This document shows positions 1 to 9,170 of a DNA stretch of 64,000 bases, one piece after another; position 1 is the first letter of the stretch, and each line of letters begins with the position of its first letter. The translations under genes were made by a program, and so were the position numbers. The notes under the pieces were generated by a model, which worked only from the letters and a program-made list of their open reading frames with translations, ran no database searches and was not told the origin of the DNA. Source of the DNA: an uncultured Chloroflexia bacterium (GTDB lineage Bacteria > Chloroflexota > Limnocylindria > Limnocylindrales > CSP1-4); NCBI GenBank assembly GCA_963713095.1, contig CAVQKK010000009.1:106846-170845 (forward strand), given 5' to 3'.

Positions 1-359
1 TGGATCGCCGGGAACTCCTCGGCGTCGATGCCCTTAACGTGGGTGGCGAAGCGTCCGCAGCGAAGATGCAGGGTGTCCGCGCCTTGCATCTCGAGGTCGA
101 CCTTCTCGGCCGCCGGCAGCGACCCGACGAGATCGGTCAGGAGCCGGGCGGGGACGGTGATCGCCCCGTCGGTGTCGATCTTTCCGGGCACCCAGTAGGT
201 GATCCCGATCTCGAGGTTGGTCGCGGTCAGCTTGAGGCCAGCGTCCTCCGTCCGCAGCAGGACGTTCGCGAGCACCGGCAGAGTGCTCCGGCTCGACACC
301 GCGCGCGAGACGACGGACAGGCCGCGCGCGAGGTTCTCCTGCATCACCGAGAGTTTCAC
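1..359 (-). CDS. dnaN: DNA polymerase III beta sliding clamp, N-terminal part (runs off window start)
   Basis: Reverse translation from GTG at 359 gives VKLSVMQENLARGLSVVSRAVSSRSTLPVLANVLLRTEDA, a typical DnaN N-terminus. GGAGAA lies about 10 nt upstream. Located downstream of dnaA. Confidence 0.85.
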   Translation of the reverse strand, partial: MKLSVMQENLARGLSVVSRAVSSRSTLPVLANVLLRTEDAGLKLTATNLEIGITYWVPGKIDTDGAITVPARLLTDLVGSLPAAEKVDLEMQGADTLHLRCGRFATHVKGIDAEEFPAI

Positions 360-931
360 GTGGGTCGTTCTCCAGCAAGCTGTCGGGACCGTGGTCCCCG
401 GGACCTCCCCATCCGGGCCGGGCGAGCGGACGGCGCCCCGCCGGACACGAGCAGTCGATTGAGTGGAATGATCGTCCTATCTTCTCATCCCGTCATCACC
501 GTCATATGGCCGTGGAAACAGGGGATCGTGACGCTCGTCCGTGCGAGCTCGACCTGTCGAACATCGAGCACTGGGTGTCGGCAGGCGGGCTCGCCCTGGG
601 GATCGGCGTGAGGATGGTTTGTGGACGGAATGGCCGGCGTCGGATCCGTCGTCGCCGACACCCCCGAGGGTGCCGGCTTCTCCCCGGGTCATGCCACACT
701 GGGTCGGCGATTCGTCCACCGGATGGCCGGGTTGCCCACGGTTCTCCAGGGCCAGCCCACAGGCAGACGGGCTGGTTGTCGTCGTCCACGCCCCGGGGCG
801 CCACGCGCCTGCCACGAGGGGGCTCGTGGCGGCGACCTTCGGGGGCTCGACCACGACGGACGCCAGGCATGTCGACATCCATCCCTCGGCACGCGGTACG
901 AGCCTCACCCGTGGGACGGCGCGACCCGCCG
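360..931. other. Candidate oriC (dnaA-dnaN intergenic region)
   Basis: 572-bp gap with no credible ORF. Degenerate DnaA-box-like 9-mers: TGTGGACgg ~620, TcGTCCACc ~712, TTGcCCACg ~732, TcGTCCACg ~783, GTTTCCACg (rev) ~508. A relatively AT-richer stretch at ~455-510. Confidence 0.4.
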
Positions 932-2290
932 TCACTCCGAGTAGATCAGCTCCCGGACGGCTGCCACCTCGCGCCGCATCTCGTCGTTGACCTGCATCTC
1001 GCGGGTGATCTTGCCGCACGCGTGCAGGACCGTCGAGTGATCGCGGCCGCCCAGCTCTGCGCCGATCCGGAGAAGCGAGACGTCGGTCTCCTCGCGCATC
1101 AGGAACATCGCGATCTGACGGGGCACGACGATGCTCTTCTCACGCTTCTGCCCGCGCAGCTGATCCATGGCGACGCCGTAGTAGTCGGAGACCGCCTGGG
1201 CGATCCGCTCCGGCGTCACCTGCCGCTTCTTCGGGTTGTACAGGACGTTGGACAGGACGGCCTGGGCCAGCTCGATCGAGATCGGCATCGCGCCCATCGA
1301 GGCGTAAGCCACAATCCGGTTGAGCGCCCCCTCGAGTTCGCGGATGTTGGATACGACCTTGCGGGCGATGAACTCGATCACGTCGGAGGTGATTGGCGTG
1401 CCCTGCTCCTCGGCCTTGGCCCGCAGGATCGCGATCCGGGTCTCGAGATCGGGCGCGGTGAGGTCGGCGATCAAGCCCCACTCGAACCTCGAACGGAGCC
1501 GCTCCTCGAGGGTCAGGATCGCCTTGGGCGGGCGGTCCGACGACAGGACGATCTGCTTGCCGTCCTCGTGGATCGCGTTGAACGTGTGGAAGAACTCTTC
1601 CTGGGTCCGTTCCTTGTCGGCGATGAACTGGATGTCATCGATCAGCAGCAGGTCGATCCGCCGGTAGCGGGCACGGAACTCGTCGATCTTGCCCTGCTGG
1701 ATCGAGGTGATGAACTCGTTGGTGAACTTCTCGGACGTCGCGTAGACGACCCGCTTGCGCGGGAACTTGGTCACGACCGCGTTGCCGATCGCGTGCATCA
1801 GGTGGGTCTTGCCAAGGCCGACGCCGCCATACAGGAACAGCGGGTTGTATGCGTGCCCGGGCCGCTCCGCGACCGACAGTGAGGCGGCGTGGGCGAGGCG
1901 GTTCGCCGAGCCGACGATGAAGTTCGTGAACGTATACCGGGGATTGAGGTTGGTGACGCCACCGCCACCGCCTTCCGGCGCGCCGACACGGGTCGGTTCC
2001 ACGTGGACCGCCTGCGCCTCGGTGCTGGCCGCCTGCGCCTCACCATTGGCCGTGACGACGAACTCCACCTGGACGCTATAGCCGACGACGCGCGCGAGTG
2101 TCTGCGAGATCAGCGACCGGTAGCGCGTCTCGAGCCAGTCCTTGGCGAACCCGTTGGGGACCGCGATCCGGAACCGCTGCTCGTCCACGTCGACGAGGTG
2201 GGTCTCCCGGAGCCAGGTCTCGTAGTTGGCGGGGGACAGCGACACCTGGAGCTCGCCGAGGGCCGCCCGCCAGACCTGCTTCGCGTCCAT
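932..2290 (-). CDS. dnaA: Chromosomal replication initiator DnaA
   Basis: MDAKQVWRAALGELQ... N-terminus, Walker A GGVGLGKTHL, C-terminal DnaA-box binding domain (HSTVLHACGKI). The start is taken at the internal ATG at 2290 of ORF 932..2560. Confidence 0.95.
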   Translation of the reverse strand: MDAKQVWRAALGELQVSLSPANYETWLRETHLVDVDEQRFRIAVPNGFAKDWLETRYRSLISQTLARVVGYSVQVEFVVTANGEAQAASTEAQAVHVEPTRVGAPEGGGGGVTNLNPRYTFTNFIVGSANRLAHAASLSVAERPGHAYNPLFLYGGVGLGKTHLMHAIGNAVVTKFPRKRVVYATSEKFTNEFITSIQQGKIDEFRARYRRIDLLLIDDIQFIADKERTQEEFFHTFNAIHEDGKQIVLSSDRPPKAILTLEERLRSRFEWGLIADLTAPDLETRIAILRAKAEEQGTPITSDVIEFIARKVVSNIRELEGALNRIVAYASMGAMPISIELAQAVLSNVLYNPKKRQVTPERIAQAVSDYYGVAMDQLRGQKREKSIVVPRQIAMFLMREETDVSLLRIGAELGGRDHSTVLHACGKITREMQVNDEMRREVAAVRELIYSE

Positions 2291-2595
2291 ACGTGTGATG
2301 GTGTTCCCGGATGCATCAAGGCTGCGATGGGTAGCGCCGACCACGGAGCCTGATCGACGGAGAAGGCCGCGGCGACACCGTGACGGACGATCCCGGCCGG
2401 TCGAGAACGGGCCGACGGAGCTTCCTCTTCGAGGGCCTCCCGCGGCGTCCCGGCGCCTGAGGGCCCGTGAACGATACACCGGCCCTCGGTGGGGTCGCAA
2501 GGCGATTCCCGCATACCCCGTGGGGGTATCGTGCGGAGCCCGGTACGCCGGTGAGAGCATCCCGGAAGTGGTGGGCCGCGCCGGCCGTCATTCGT

Positions 2596-2625
2596 TTGAC
2601 ACTCCTTCCTGGCGGGCCCTATGAT
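2596..2625 (+). promoter_or_regulatory. Sigma70-like promoter upstream of rpmH (TTGACA-N18-TATGAT)
   Basis: TTGACA at 2596-2601 and TATGAT at 2620-2625, about 115 nt upstream of the rpmH ATG. Confidence 0.45.
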
Positions 2626-2628
2626 CCC

Positions 2629-2658
2629 CGCGACGAACACGCGCCGTCGCGCTTTTTC
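2629..2658 (+). terminator. Hairpin plus T5 tract (terminator/attenuator-like) in the rpmH upstream region
   Basis: CGCGACG (2629-2635) pairs with CGTCGCG (2645-2651) around a 9-nt loop, followed by CTTTTTC. Plus-strand specific. Confidence 0.35.
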
Positions 2659-2740
2659 GGGCGCTCGGCGCGTTTGCGTGCCTCCAGGAGTCGGAGCTTC
2701 CGGGTCCAAGGCTGGATGGAGAGGATCACGGACAGTCCCG

Positions 2741-2878
2741 ATGGGCAAACCGACGTTTCGGCCCAAGAAGCGGCATCGCGCCAAGGAACACGGGTTCCGC
2801 GCCCGCATGAAGACGGCGGGCGGGCGACGGGTGGTCGCGTCGCGGCGTGCGAAGGGCCGGAAGCAGCTCTCGGCCTGA
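2741..2878 (+). CDS. rpmH: 50S ribosomal protein L34
   Basis: [45 protein letters not shown]. This is the internal ATG of ORF 2621..2878. Confidence 0.95.
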   Translation: MGKPTFRPKKRHRAKEHGFRARMKTAGGRRVVASRRAKGRKQLSA

Positions 2879-2913
2879 CCGGCGGGCGCAGTCACAACCC
2901 GCTGCGGCTCGTC

Positions 2914-3249
2914 ATGCTTTCCCACCCGGGCGAGCTCGCCCGGCTGGCGGAAAGGGGCGTCTCTCGGACGCACCCCCTGCTGGTCGGACGGTTCATCCGG
3001 ACCAACCTTGACCAGACCCGGTTCGGGCTTGCGACCGGCCGGCGGCTCGGTGGAGCCGTCGTCCGGAACCGCGCCCGACGCCGGATCCGCGAGGTGCTAA
3101 GGGTGATGGCGCCCTCGTTCCAGCCCGGCTGGGACGTCCTCATCATCGCCCGGCCGGCGATCGTCGAGGCCGACCATGACGCGCTGGTCGGCGCATTGCG
3201 CCGGGTCCTCCGTTCGGGAGGCGTACTCGGAGGTCAGTCGAAGCCGTGA
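2914..3249 (+). CDS. rnpA: Ribonuclease P protein component
   Basis: Sits directly after rpmH. About 111 aa and basic ([10 protein letters not shown]...DVLIIARP). Start uncertain within ~30 nt. Confidence 0.8.
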   Translation: MLSHPGELARLAERGVSRTHPLLVGRFIRTNLDQTRFGLATGRRLGGAVVRNRARRRIREVLRVMAPSFQPGWDVLIIARPAIVEADHDALVGALRRVLRSGGVLGGQSKP

Positions 3250-3464
3250 AACGTCCCGGGGTCGCGATCGGGGTCGCGCTGATCCACCTCTATCGGCTCG
3301 TCTTCGCCTGGCTCCCGAACAGCTGCCGGTTCGAGCCCACCTGCTCTCGCTACACGGAGCAGGCCATCCAGAAGTACGGGCTGCTGCGCGGGGGCTGGAT
3401 GGGCGCCCGAAGAATTGGCCGCTGCCATCCCTGGAACCCAGGCGGCTACGACCCCGTCCGCTGA
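3246..3464 (+). CDS. yidD: Membrane protein insertion efficiency factor YidD
   Basis: [15 protein letters not shown]...[13 protein letters not shown] motif. GTGA start/stop overlap with rnpA. Confidence 0.92.
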   Translation: MKRPGVAIGVALIHLYRLVFAWLPNSCRFEPTCSRYTEQAIQKYGLLRGGWMGARRIGRCHPWNPGGYDPVR

Positions 3465-3489
3465 TCACATCGAGAGCGAGTACCACCGC

Positions 3490-4668
3490 GTGACCCGCAC
3501 CAAGCCCCTGCTCGTCCGGCTGGCTCCGATCCTGCTGCTGGTCGCCGTCGCGATCCTGCTGGCCGCGTGCGTCCCGGCCGGATCGGCGCCGTCTGGTGGC
3601 TCAGGTGCGCCCGCACCGAGCCATAGCCAGGCGCCGCTGACGCCCGCCAGCCCCGGCGCCAATCCGGTCGACCTGCTGTCCTGGTTGTTCAACCCGATCT
3701 TCCAGCTGCTGTTCATCGGGCTTGTCTTCCTCGACCAGCTGTCGGGAAGCATCCTGATCGCGATCCTGCTGCTCACGGTCCTGCTGCGGCTGCTCGTCGT
3801 GCCGCTCTACCGCCGGCAGCTGACCTCGACCCGCCGGATGCAGCTGGTCCAGCCCGAGGTCAAGGAGCTGCAGCGCAAGTACAAGGGCGATCGGGTGAAG
3901 CAGCAGGCCGCGGTGTCCGAGTTCTACAAGCAGCGCGGCATCAGCCAGGCCGGCGGGTGTCTGCCCAGCCTGCTCACGATGGGCCTGCTGATCCCGATGT
4001 ATTCCGTGTTCAGCCAGGGGTTGACGAACTTCGACCCCAGCGCGATGTGGAACGTGTTCGGGCTCAACCTGTTCCCCAATCTCGTGTGTCCCACGGCGCC
4101 GATGTTCGACCAGATCACCGGGCACGTCACCAACGCCTGCCTCCACCCGGTCGCGTTCAGCATCAACTGGGGCATCCCCGAGCCCGACACCACCGGGCTC
4201 AAGATCGCGGGCTTTGGGATCAGCATCCTGGCGTTGATGTCGTCGCTGGTCCAGCTGATCGCGTCGAGGATGACGCTGCCGCCTCACGACCCGCGCATGG
4301 CCGACGACCAGAACACCAAGGTCCAGCGGCAGATGGCGTACTTCCTGCCGCTGATCTCGATCCTGTACGGGGGCTTCCTGCCGGCCGGTCTGTTTCTCTA
4401 CTGGATCGCGTCCACGATCATCCAGATCATCCAGCAGTATTTCGTGATCGGCTGGGGCGGGATGTTCCCACTGCTGGGCTGGTACCCGGAGTTTGCGCGC
4501 AACCACTCGCCGCGGTTCCCGGTCACCATCCCGACGCCGAAGCCACCGGCCCCAGGCCAGCCCCCGAGCGCGGCGTCGCGCTCCAAGACCGTCGACCGCG
4601 ACCTCTCGGCGCGCTCGACCATCCGCCCCAACCGATCCCGAAGCGGCCGACGAGGGAGACGACGCTGA
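3490..4668 (+). CDS. yidC: Membrane protein insertase YidC (lipoprotein type)
   Basis: Lipobox LLAAC near the N-terminus. Conserved 60-kDa IMP core (MQLVQPEVKELQRKYKGD..., QRQMAYFLPL). Start taken at GTG 3490 of ORF 3415..4668. Confidence 0.88.
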   Translation: MTRTKPLLVRLAPILLLVAVAILLAACVPAGSAPSGGSGAPAPSHSQAPLTPASPGANPVDLLSWLFNPIFQLLFIGLVFLDQLSGSILIAILLLTVLLRLLVVPLYRRQLTSTRRMQLVQPEVKELQRKYKGDRVKQQAAVSEFYKQRGISQAGGCLPSLLTMGLLIPMYSVFSQGLTNFDPSAMWNVFGLNLFPNLVCPTAPMFDQITGHVTNACLHPVAFSINWGIPEPDTTGLKIAGFGISILALMSSLVQLIASRMTLPPHDPRMADDQNTKVQRQMAYFLPLISILYGGFLPAGLFLYWIASTIIQIIQQYFVIGWGGMFPLLGWYPEFARNHSPRFPVTIPTPKPPAPGQPPSAASRSKTVDRDLSARSTIRPNRSRSGRRGRRR

Positions 4669-4669
4669 G

Positions 4670-5677
4670 ATGAGCGAATATCAGGAATTCACCGGCAAGT
4701 CCGTCGAGGAGGCAATCAAGGCCGCTTGCGACGCATTCGGGGTCGGGTTGGCCGACCTCGACTTCGAGATCCTGACGCCGGGCAGCCGCGGGGTGCTGGG
4801 CATGGGTGCCGAGCCCGCCCGGATCGTCGCGGCGCCCAGGAGCGCGCTCGGAGGAGCCGCCCCCAAGCGCGAGGCGGCCGAGGCCGCCCCGCTGCCCCCA
4901 CCGCGGCCCCGTGAGGACCGGGGCTTCGATCGAGATCGTGAGCCCCGCGGCGACCGCGATCGCGACGATCGCCAACCGGGAGCCGGCGGCGACCGCGAGC
5001 GGCGGCCGCGCCGCGAAGACCGAACGGATCGACCCGACCGCAGCCGAGGCCACGAACGCGACCGCGGGCCCCGTCACGACCGGCCGCGGCGCGACGAGCG
5101 ACCCGAGCGCGGTGGTTCCGAGCTGTCGGCGACAGAGGTCGCCCAGGTCGCGACGGCCCGAGGCTCCCTCGCGATGGAGCGCGCCGAGCTCGAGGCTGCC
5201 GAAGCCACGCCCGAGGCACTGGCGTTGGGCAAGGAGATCCTCGAGACGCTCATGGGTCACCTCGGGTTCGAGGACGCGACCGTGGAGATCCGCGAGGGCG
5301 AGACCAGCCGCCTCAACGTGGTGGGTGAGGGAGGAGACCGGGAGGCGCTGGGCTCGTTGATCGGGCGCAAGGGCGAGCGGCTGTCGGCGCTCCAGCACCT
5401 TGTCAACCTGATGTTGTCCCGCCGGACCGGCCAGTGGACGCGCGTGCTGGTGGACGTCGAGGACTACCGCGGCCGGCGGGAGCGCCAGCTGGCGGACATC
5501 GCCGGCCGGGCCGCCGATCGCGTGCTCGAGACCGGCAAGATGCTGCAGTTGGAGCCGATGCCCGCGCTCGAGCGTCGCTGGGTGCACCTCGCCCTGCGCG
5601 ACCGGACCGGCGTCGCGACCCAGTCGATCGGCGAGGAGCCGAACCGGCGGGTCGTCGTGCTGCCGAAGAGCCAGTAG
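4670..5677 (+). CDS. jag: Jag/KhpB-type RNA-binding protein (Jag_N, KH, R3H) with an Arg/Asp/Glu-rich linker
   Basis: MSEYQEFTGKSVEEAIKAACDAFGV (Jag_N). C-terminal KH/R3H region (LIGRKGERLSALQHL..., LEPMPALERRWVHLAL). Located downstream of yidC. Confidence 0.88.
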   Translation: MSEYQEFTGKSVEEAIKAACDAFGVGLADLDFEILTPGSRGVLGMGAEPARIVAAPRSALGGAAPKREAAEAAPLPPPRPREDRGFDRDREPRGDRDRDDRQPGAGGDRERRPRREDRTDRPDRSRGHERDRGPRHDRPRRDERPERGGSELSATEVAQVATARGSLAMERAELEAAEATPEALALGKEILETLMGHLGFEDATVEIREGETSRLNVVGEGGDREALGSLIGRKGERLSALQHLVNLMLSRRTGQWTRVLVDVEDYRGRRERQLADIAGRAADRVLETGKMLQLEPMPALERRWVHLALRDRTGVATQSIGEEPNRRVVVLPKSQ

Positions 5678-5816
5678 CCTGCCCGAAGCCGTCAGTGGGG
5701 GGACCGTTGGGGGGTGGCCATTCTCCGGTCGGCGTGTTCGCTGACCACTGGGCTGGCGTCCGTCCGTGGCCGGCCTCGGGCGTGCCCTGTCACCATCCGC
5801 CGGATCCGAGATCCTC

Positions 5817-7697
5817 ATGACGACTGCCCCTGATCCCACACCCGCTCCCGAGACCGCGACTCGCCGCGGCCCGTCGCTCCGCCTCCGGTTCGTGACCGCG
5901 TTCGTGCTCGGGATGGTCCTGGTGGTCGCGGCAGGTGGCGGGGCGCTCTACGCCTACGGGCAGCAGTACACGGGCAGGATCCTGCCCGGCGTCCATGTCG
6001 GGACGCTCGACGTCTCGGGTCTCGCGCCGGCCGCGGCGCGAGACGCGCTGGCTGCTGCCTACTCGACGCTGGGAGCAGGTCGGATCGTGCTCGCCGGGCC
6101 GACCGGCGAGTTCACGATCGGCTACGAGGAGATCCGGCGCGGCGCGGACCTCGACGGGATGCTGAGCAATGCGCTGGCCGCCGGCCGTCATGGCGAGACC
6201 GTCGCGGACCTGATCGGCGCCCCGCAGACCGCAATCCGCGGAGCCACCGTGGAGCCGGCGGTCACCTACGACGAGTCCAGGCTGAAGGCGGCCGTCCAGG
6301 CCGCGGCAAGCGCGATCGATCGAGAGCCGGTCGATGCGAGCTTGTCGACGGCGGCCGATGGGACCTTCGCGGTGACCCCGTCGGTCGAGGGCCGCGTCGT
6401 CGACCAGGCGGCGCTGCTTGCCGCGATCGAAGCGCAGATCGGCCAGGTCGACACGCCGGCCGAGGTCCGCGTCCACATCCCGGTGACCAGCAAGTCGCCG
6501 CACGCTGACACCGCCGCCGCCGAGGCGGCCAAGGCCGCCGCGGAGCGCATGGCGACCGACCTCGTGCTGACCCACGACAAGGACCGGTGGACGATCGCGG
6601 GCAACGATCTGCGCAAGCTGATCTCGTTCGTGACCGGCCCCGACGGGACCATCGTCCCCGTGGTCGACGAGGCCGGCATCGACCCGTTGCTCAAGCCGGT
6701 TGCCAAGGGTGTGGCACAGAAGGCGGCCAACGCCGGCTTCAAGCTCAGCGGGGGCAAGATCGTCGTGAGCTCGAAGAGCCAGGAAGGCCGCAAGCTCGAT
6801 ACGGCGGCCACGCACACCCTGGTCCTCGATGCGCTGCTGGCACGCCAGGCGGACGGGGCCGACCTGCCGATCGAGCCCGTGGTCGAGACCACCGAGCCCG
6901 CCCTGACCACCGCCATGGCCCAGGACTACGCGCCAAGGATGAAGCCGGTCGGCCCCGGCTGGACGACCTGGTTCCCGATCGACGCCCCCCATGGCTATGG
7001 CGCCAACATCTGGATCCCGGCCAAGCTGATCAACGGCTACGTCGTTGGCCCCGGCGAGAGGTTCGACTTCTGGAAGGCAGTCGGGCCGGTCACCACGGCC
7101 AAGGGCTTCAGGCGGGGTGGGGCGATCGTCAACGGCCACACCGAGCTCCAGGGCGCCCTCGGCGGCGGGATCTGCTCCTGCTCGACCACCCTGTTCAACG
7201 CGGCGCTGCGGGCGGGCATGCAGATGGACGCCCGGCGCAATCACTACTACTACATCAGCCGCTACCCGCTGGGTCTCGACGCCACCGTGTTCAAGTCGGA
7301 CGGCGGCTCGACGCAGACGATGAGCTTCACCAACGACACGAAGTACCCGATCCTGATCCGGGGCATCAACACCCGCAGCGGCGGCACGGGCTACGTGACG
7401 TTCAAGATCTACAGCGTGCCCAACGGCCGGAAGGTGAGCATCTCGCCCGCAACGGTCAAGAACCGGCGCCACGCCAGCGACACGGTCCAGCACACCAGCA
7501 GCCTTCGCGCCGGCACCTCGAAGCGGGTCGAGTACCCGGTCGACGGCCTGGACGTCTGGCGGACGGTGACGGTCAAGGAGAAGGGCAAGGTCATCCGCAA
7601 GACCACGTACTACTCCCACTACTCCGTGGTCAATGGAGTCCTGCTCGTGGGTACCGGCGGGAGCAGCCCGAGCCCGTCACCGACGCCGGGGTCCTGA
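5817..7697 (+). CDS. VanW family protein with N-terminal TM anchor
   Basis: GGGICSCSTTLFNAALRAGMQMDARRNHYYYISRYPLGLDATVF is the VanW core. TM segment FVTAFVLGMVLVVAAGGGALY. Confidence 0.8.
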   Translation: MTTAPDPTPAPETATRRGPSLRLRFVTAFVLGMVLVVAAGGGALYAYGQQYTGRILPGVHVGTLDVSGLAPAAARDALAAAYSTLGAGRIVLAGPTGEFTIGYEEIRRGADLDGMLSNALAAGRHGETVADLIGAPQTAIRGATVEPAVTYDESRLKAAVQAAASAIDREPVDASLSTAADGTFAVTPSVEGRVVDQAALLAAIEAQIGQVDTPAEVRVHIPVTSKSPHADTAAAEAAKAAAERMATDLVLTHDKDRWTIAGNDLRKLISFVTGPDGTIVPVVDEAGIDPLLKPVAKGVAQKAANAGFKLSGGKIVVSSKSQEGRKLDTAATHTLVLDALLARQADGADLPIEPVVETTEPALTTAMAQDYAPRMKPVGPGWTTWFPIDAPHGYGANIWIPAKLINGYVVGPGERFDFWKAVGPVTTAKGFRRGGAIVNGHTELQGALGGGICSCSTTLFNAALRAGMQMDARRNHYYYISRYPLGLDATVFKSDGGSTQTMSFTNDTKYPILIRGINTRSGGTGYVTFKIYSVPNGRKVSISPATVKNRRHASDTVQHTSSLRAGTSKRVEYPVDGLDVWRTVTVKEKGKVIRKTTYYSHYSVVNGVLLVGTGGSSPSPSPTPGS

Positions 7698-7761
7698 CGG
7701 GCCAGTCCGGCCCGCTCCCGGGCCCGGCCGCAACCACCCGACGGCTTCCTCCGAGCCATCG

Positions 7762-8403
7762 ATGATTCAGGACCTGTTCCCCCGTGGCTTCGCGATCGGG
7801 TTCGTGGTCGCGTTCGCGCTCGGCCCGATCGGATTGCTGGTCATCCGCCGAACGCTCGAGCGAGGCTGGACCTACGGTCTCGCGTGCGGTGCCGGGGTGG
7901 CAACGGCGGACGCGACCTACGGGGCGATCGCGGCGTTCGGGCTCACTGCGCTGACCGATGCCCTGGTCGGCATGGGCCGCCTCCTGGGGGTGGTCGGCGG
8001 CGCGGTGCTGGTCATGCTGGCCGCCCGGGCGGTGCGCCAATCACGGGTCGCCTCGGCCCTGCCGTCGTCGGAGGGGGCAGCGGTCGCAGCCGGGACGCTG
8101 GACAGCCGGGTCGCAGGATGGGCCACGATGGTGGGGCTGACGCTGACCAACCCGGCCACCATCCTGTCGTTCGCCGCGCTGTTCGCCAGCATCGGGGCGG
8201 GACGGGAGGGCATGCGAGGAGCCGTTGCCGTGGTCGCGGGCGTGTTCCTGGGATCGGTCGCCTGGTGGGTTGCCCTCACGGCCCTCGTGGCTGCGCTGCG
8301 GACCCACCTGACGGCTCGCGTCGTGCGCGGACTCAACGTCGCCTCGGCGGTCATCGTCGGTGCATTCGGCCTGGTCGCGATCGGGATCGGCATCGGCGGC
8401 TGA
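7762..8403 (+). CDS. LysE/RhtB family amino-acid exporter
   Basis: MIQDLFPRGFAIGFVVAFALGPIGLLVIRRTLERG. About 6 TM segments and 213 aa. Confidence 0.75.
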   Translation: MIQDLFPRGFAIGFVVAFALGPIGLLVIRRTLERGWTYGLACGAGVATADATYGAIAAFGLTALTDALVGMGRLLGVVGGAVLVMLAARAVRQSRVASALPSSEGAAVAAGTLDSRVAGWATMVGLTLTNPATILSFAALFASIGAGREGMRGAVAVVAGVFLGSVAWWVALTALVAALRTHLTARVVRGLNVASAVIVGAFGLVAIGIGIGG

Positions 8404-8477
8404 CCGGGCAATCCCGCCCGTCGATCGGGGGCCGTTGGACACCGCATGCGGACGGACCCTGACCTACGATCAACTGC

Positions 8478-9170
8478 GTGACACATGCGTCCGCTCGCCC
8501 GCTTCCCGCCGCCGCCCTGTTCGACTGGGACGGCACGATCGTCGATTCGCTGCCGCAGATCTACCGCGCCAACGTCGCGGTTCTGGGTGAGCTGGGGATC
8601 CGTCTCGACCGGGCCTGGTTCCGGGAGCGACACACACCCGACTGGCGGGGCACCTACCGCGAGCTCGGGATCCCCGAGGCGCAGTGGGACCGGCTCGCGG
8701 CACGCTGGACCGAGGAGATGCAGCGCGGCCGCCCGCGGGCCATCCCCTGGGCTCGCGGCGCGCTTCGACGGTTGCGCCGGCACAGGATCCGCCTGGGTCT
8801 GGTCACCGCGTCAACGCGAGGCGTGGTCGAGCCCAACCTGCGGCGGCTGAACCTCGAAGGTGTGTTCGAGACCATGCTGTTCGCCGGCGACGTGCGCAAC
8901 GGCAAGCCACATCCGGAGGCTCTGCTGCTCGGGCTGCGCGACCTCGGCGTGGCGGCTGCCGATGCCGTGTACGTGGGTGACACGGTGACGGACCTCGAGA
9001 TGGCGCGAGCGGCGGGCTCACCCTTCGTGGCGGTCGGCGATACCACTGCGGCGGCGACCTTCCTGGAGGCGGGTGCGGATCGAGTGTGGCCGGGGGTGGG
9101 GCCCTGGGCCGACCATCTCCTCGCCACGAGCGGGAGCAGCCGTGGCGGCGGCGCGAGGACCCGCCGATGA
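8478..9170 (+). CDS. HAD-superfamily hydrolase (phosphoglycolate phosphatase-like)
   Basis: DWDGTIVDS (DxDGT), LVTAS, GKPHPE and VGDTVTDLEMA motifs. Confidence 0.85.
   Translation: MTHASARPLPAAALFDWDGTIVDSLPQIYRANVAVLGELGIRLDRAWFRERHTPDWRGTYRELGIPEAQWDRLAARWTEEMQRGRPRAIPWARGALRRLRRHRIRLGLVTASTRGVVEPNLRRLNLEGVFETMLFAGDVRNGKPHPEALLLGLRDLGVAAADAVYVGDTVTDLEMARAAGSPFVAVGDTTAAATFLEAGADRVWPGVGPWADHLLATSGSSRGGGARTRR

Noticed and set aside
352-365. parS-like GTTTCACGTGggtc at the dnaN start.
   Set aside because: Only the left half-site plus the centre match (10/14). The sequence is explained by the dnaN start codons (GTG AAA CTC) and is probably coincidental.
2621-2740. N-terminal 40-codon extension of rpmH (the 85-aa ORF).
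   Set aside because: L34 is universally about 44-47 aa. The extension overlaps the predicted promoter and hairpin and has no protein-like character.
4890-5115. Short tandem-looking GACCGCGAtc repeats that could suggest a CRISPR or VNTR locus.
   Set aside because: They are imperfect and in frame. They are fully explained by the RD/RE-rich coding linker of Jag, with no spacer-repeat architecture.
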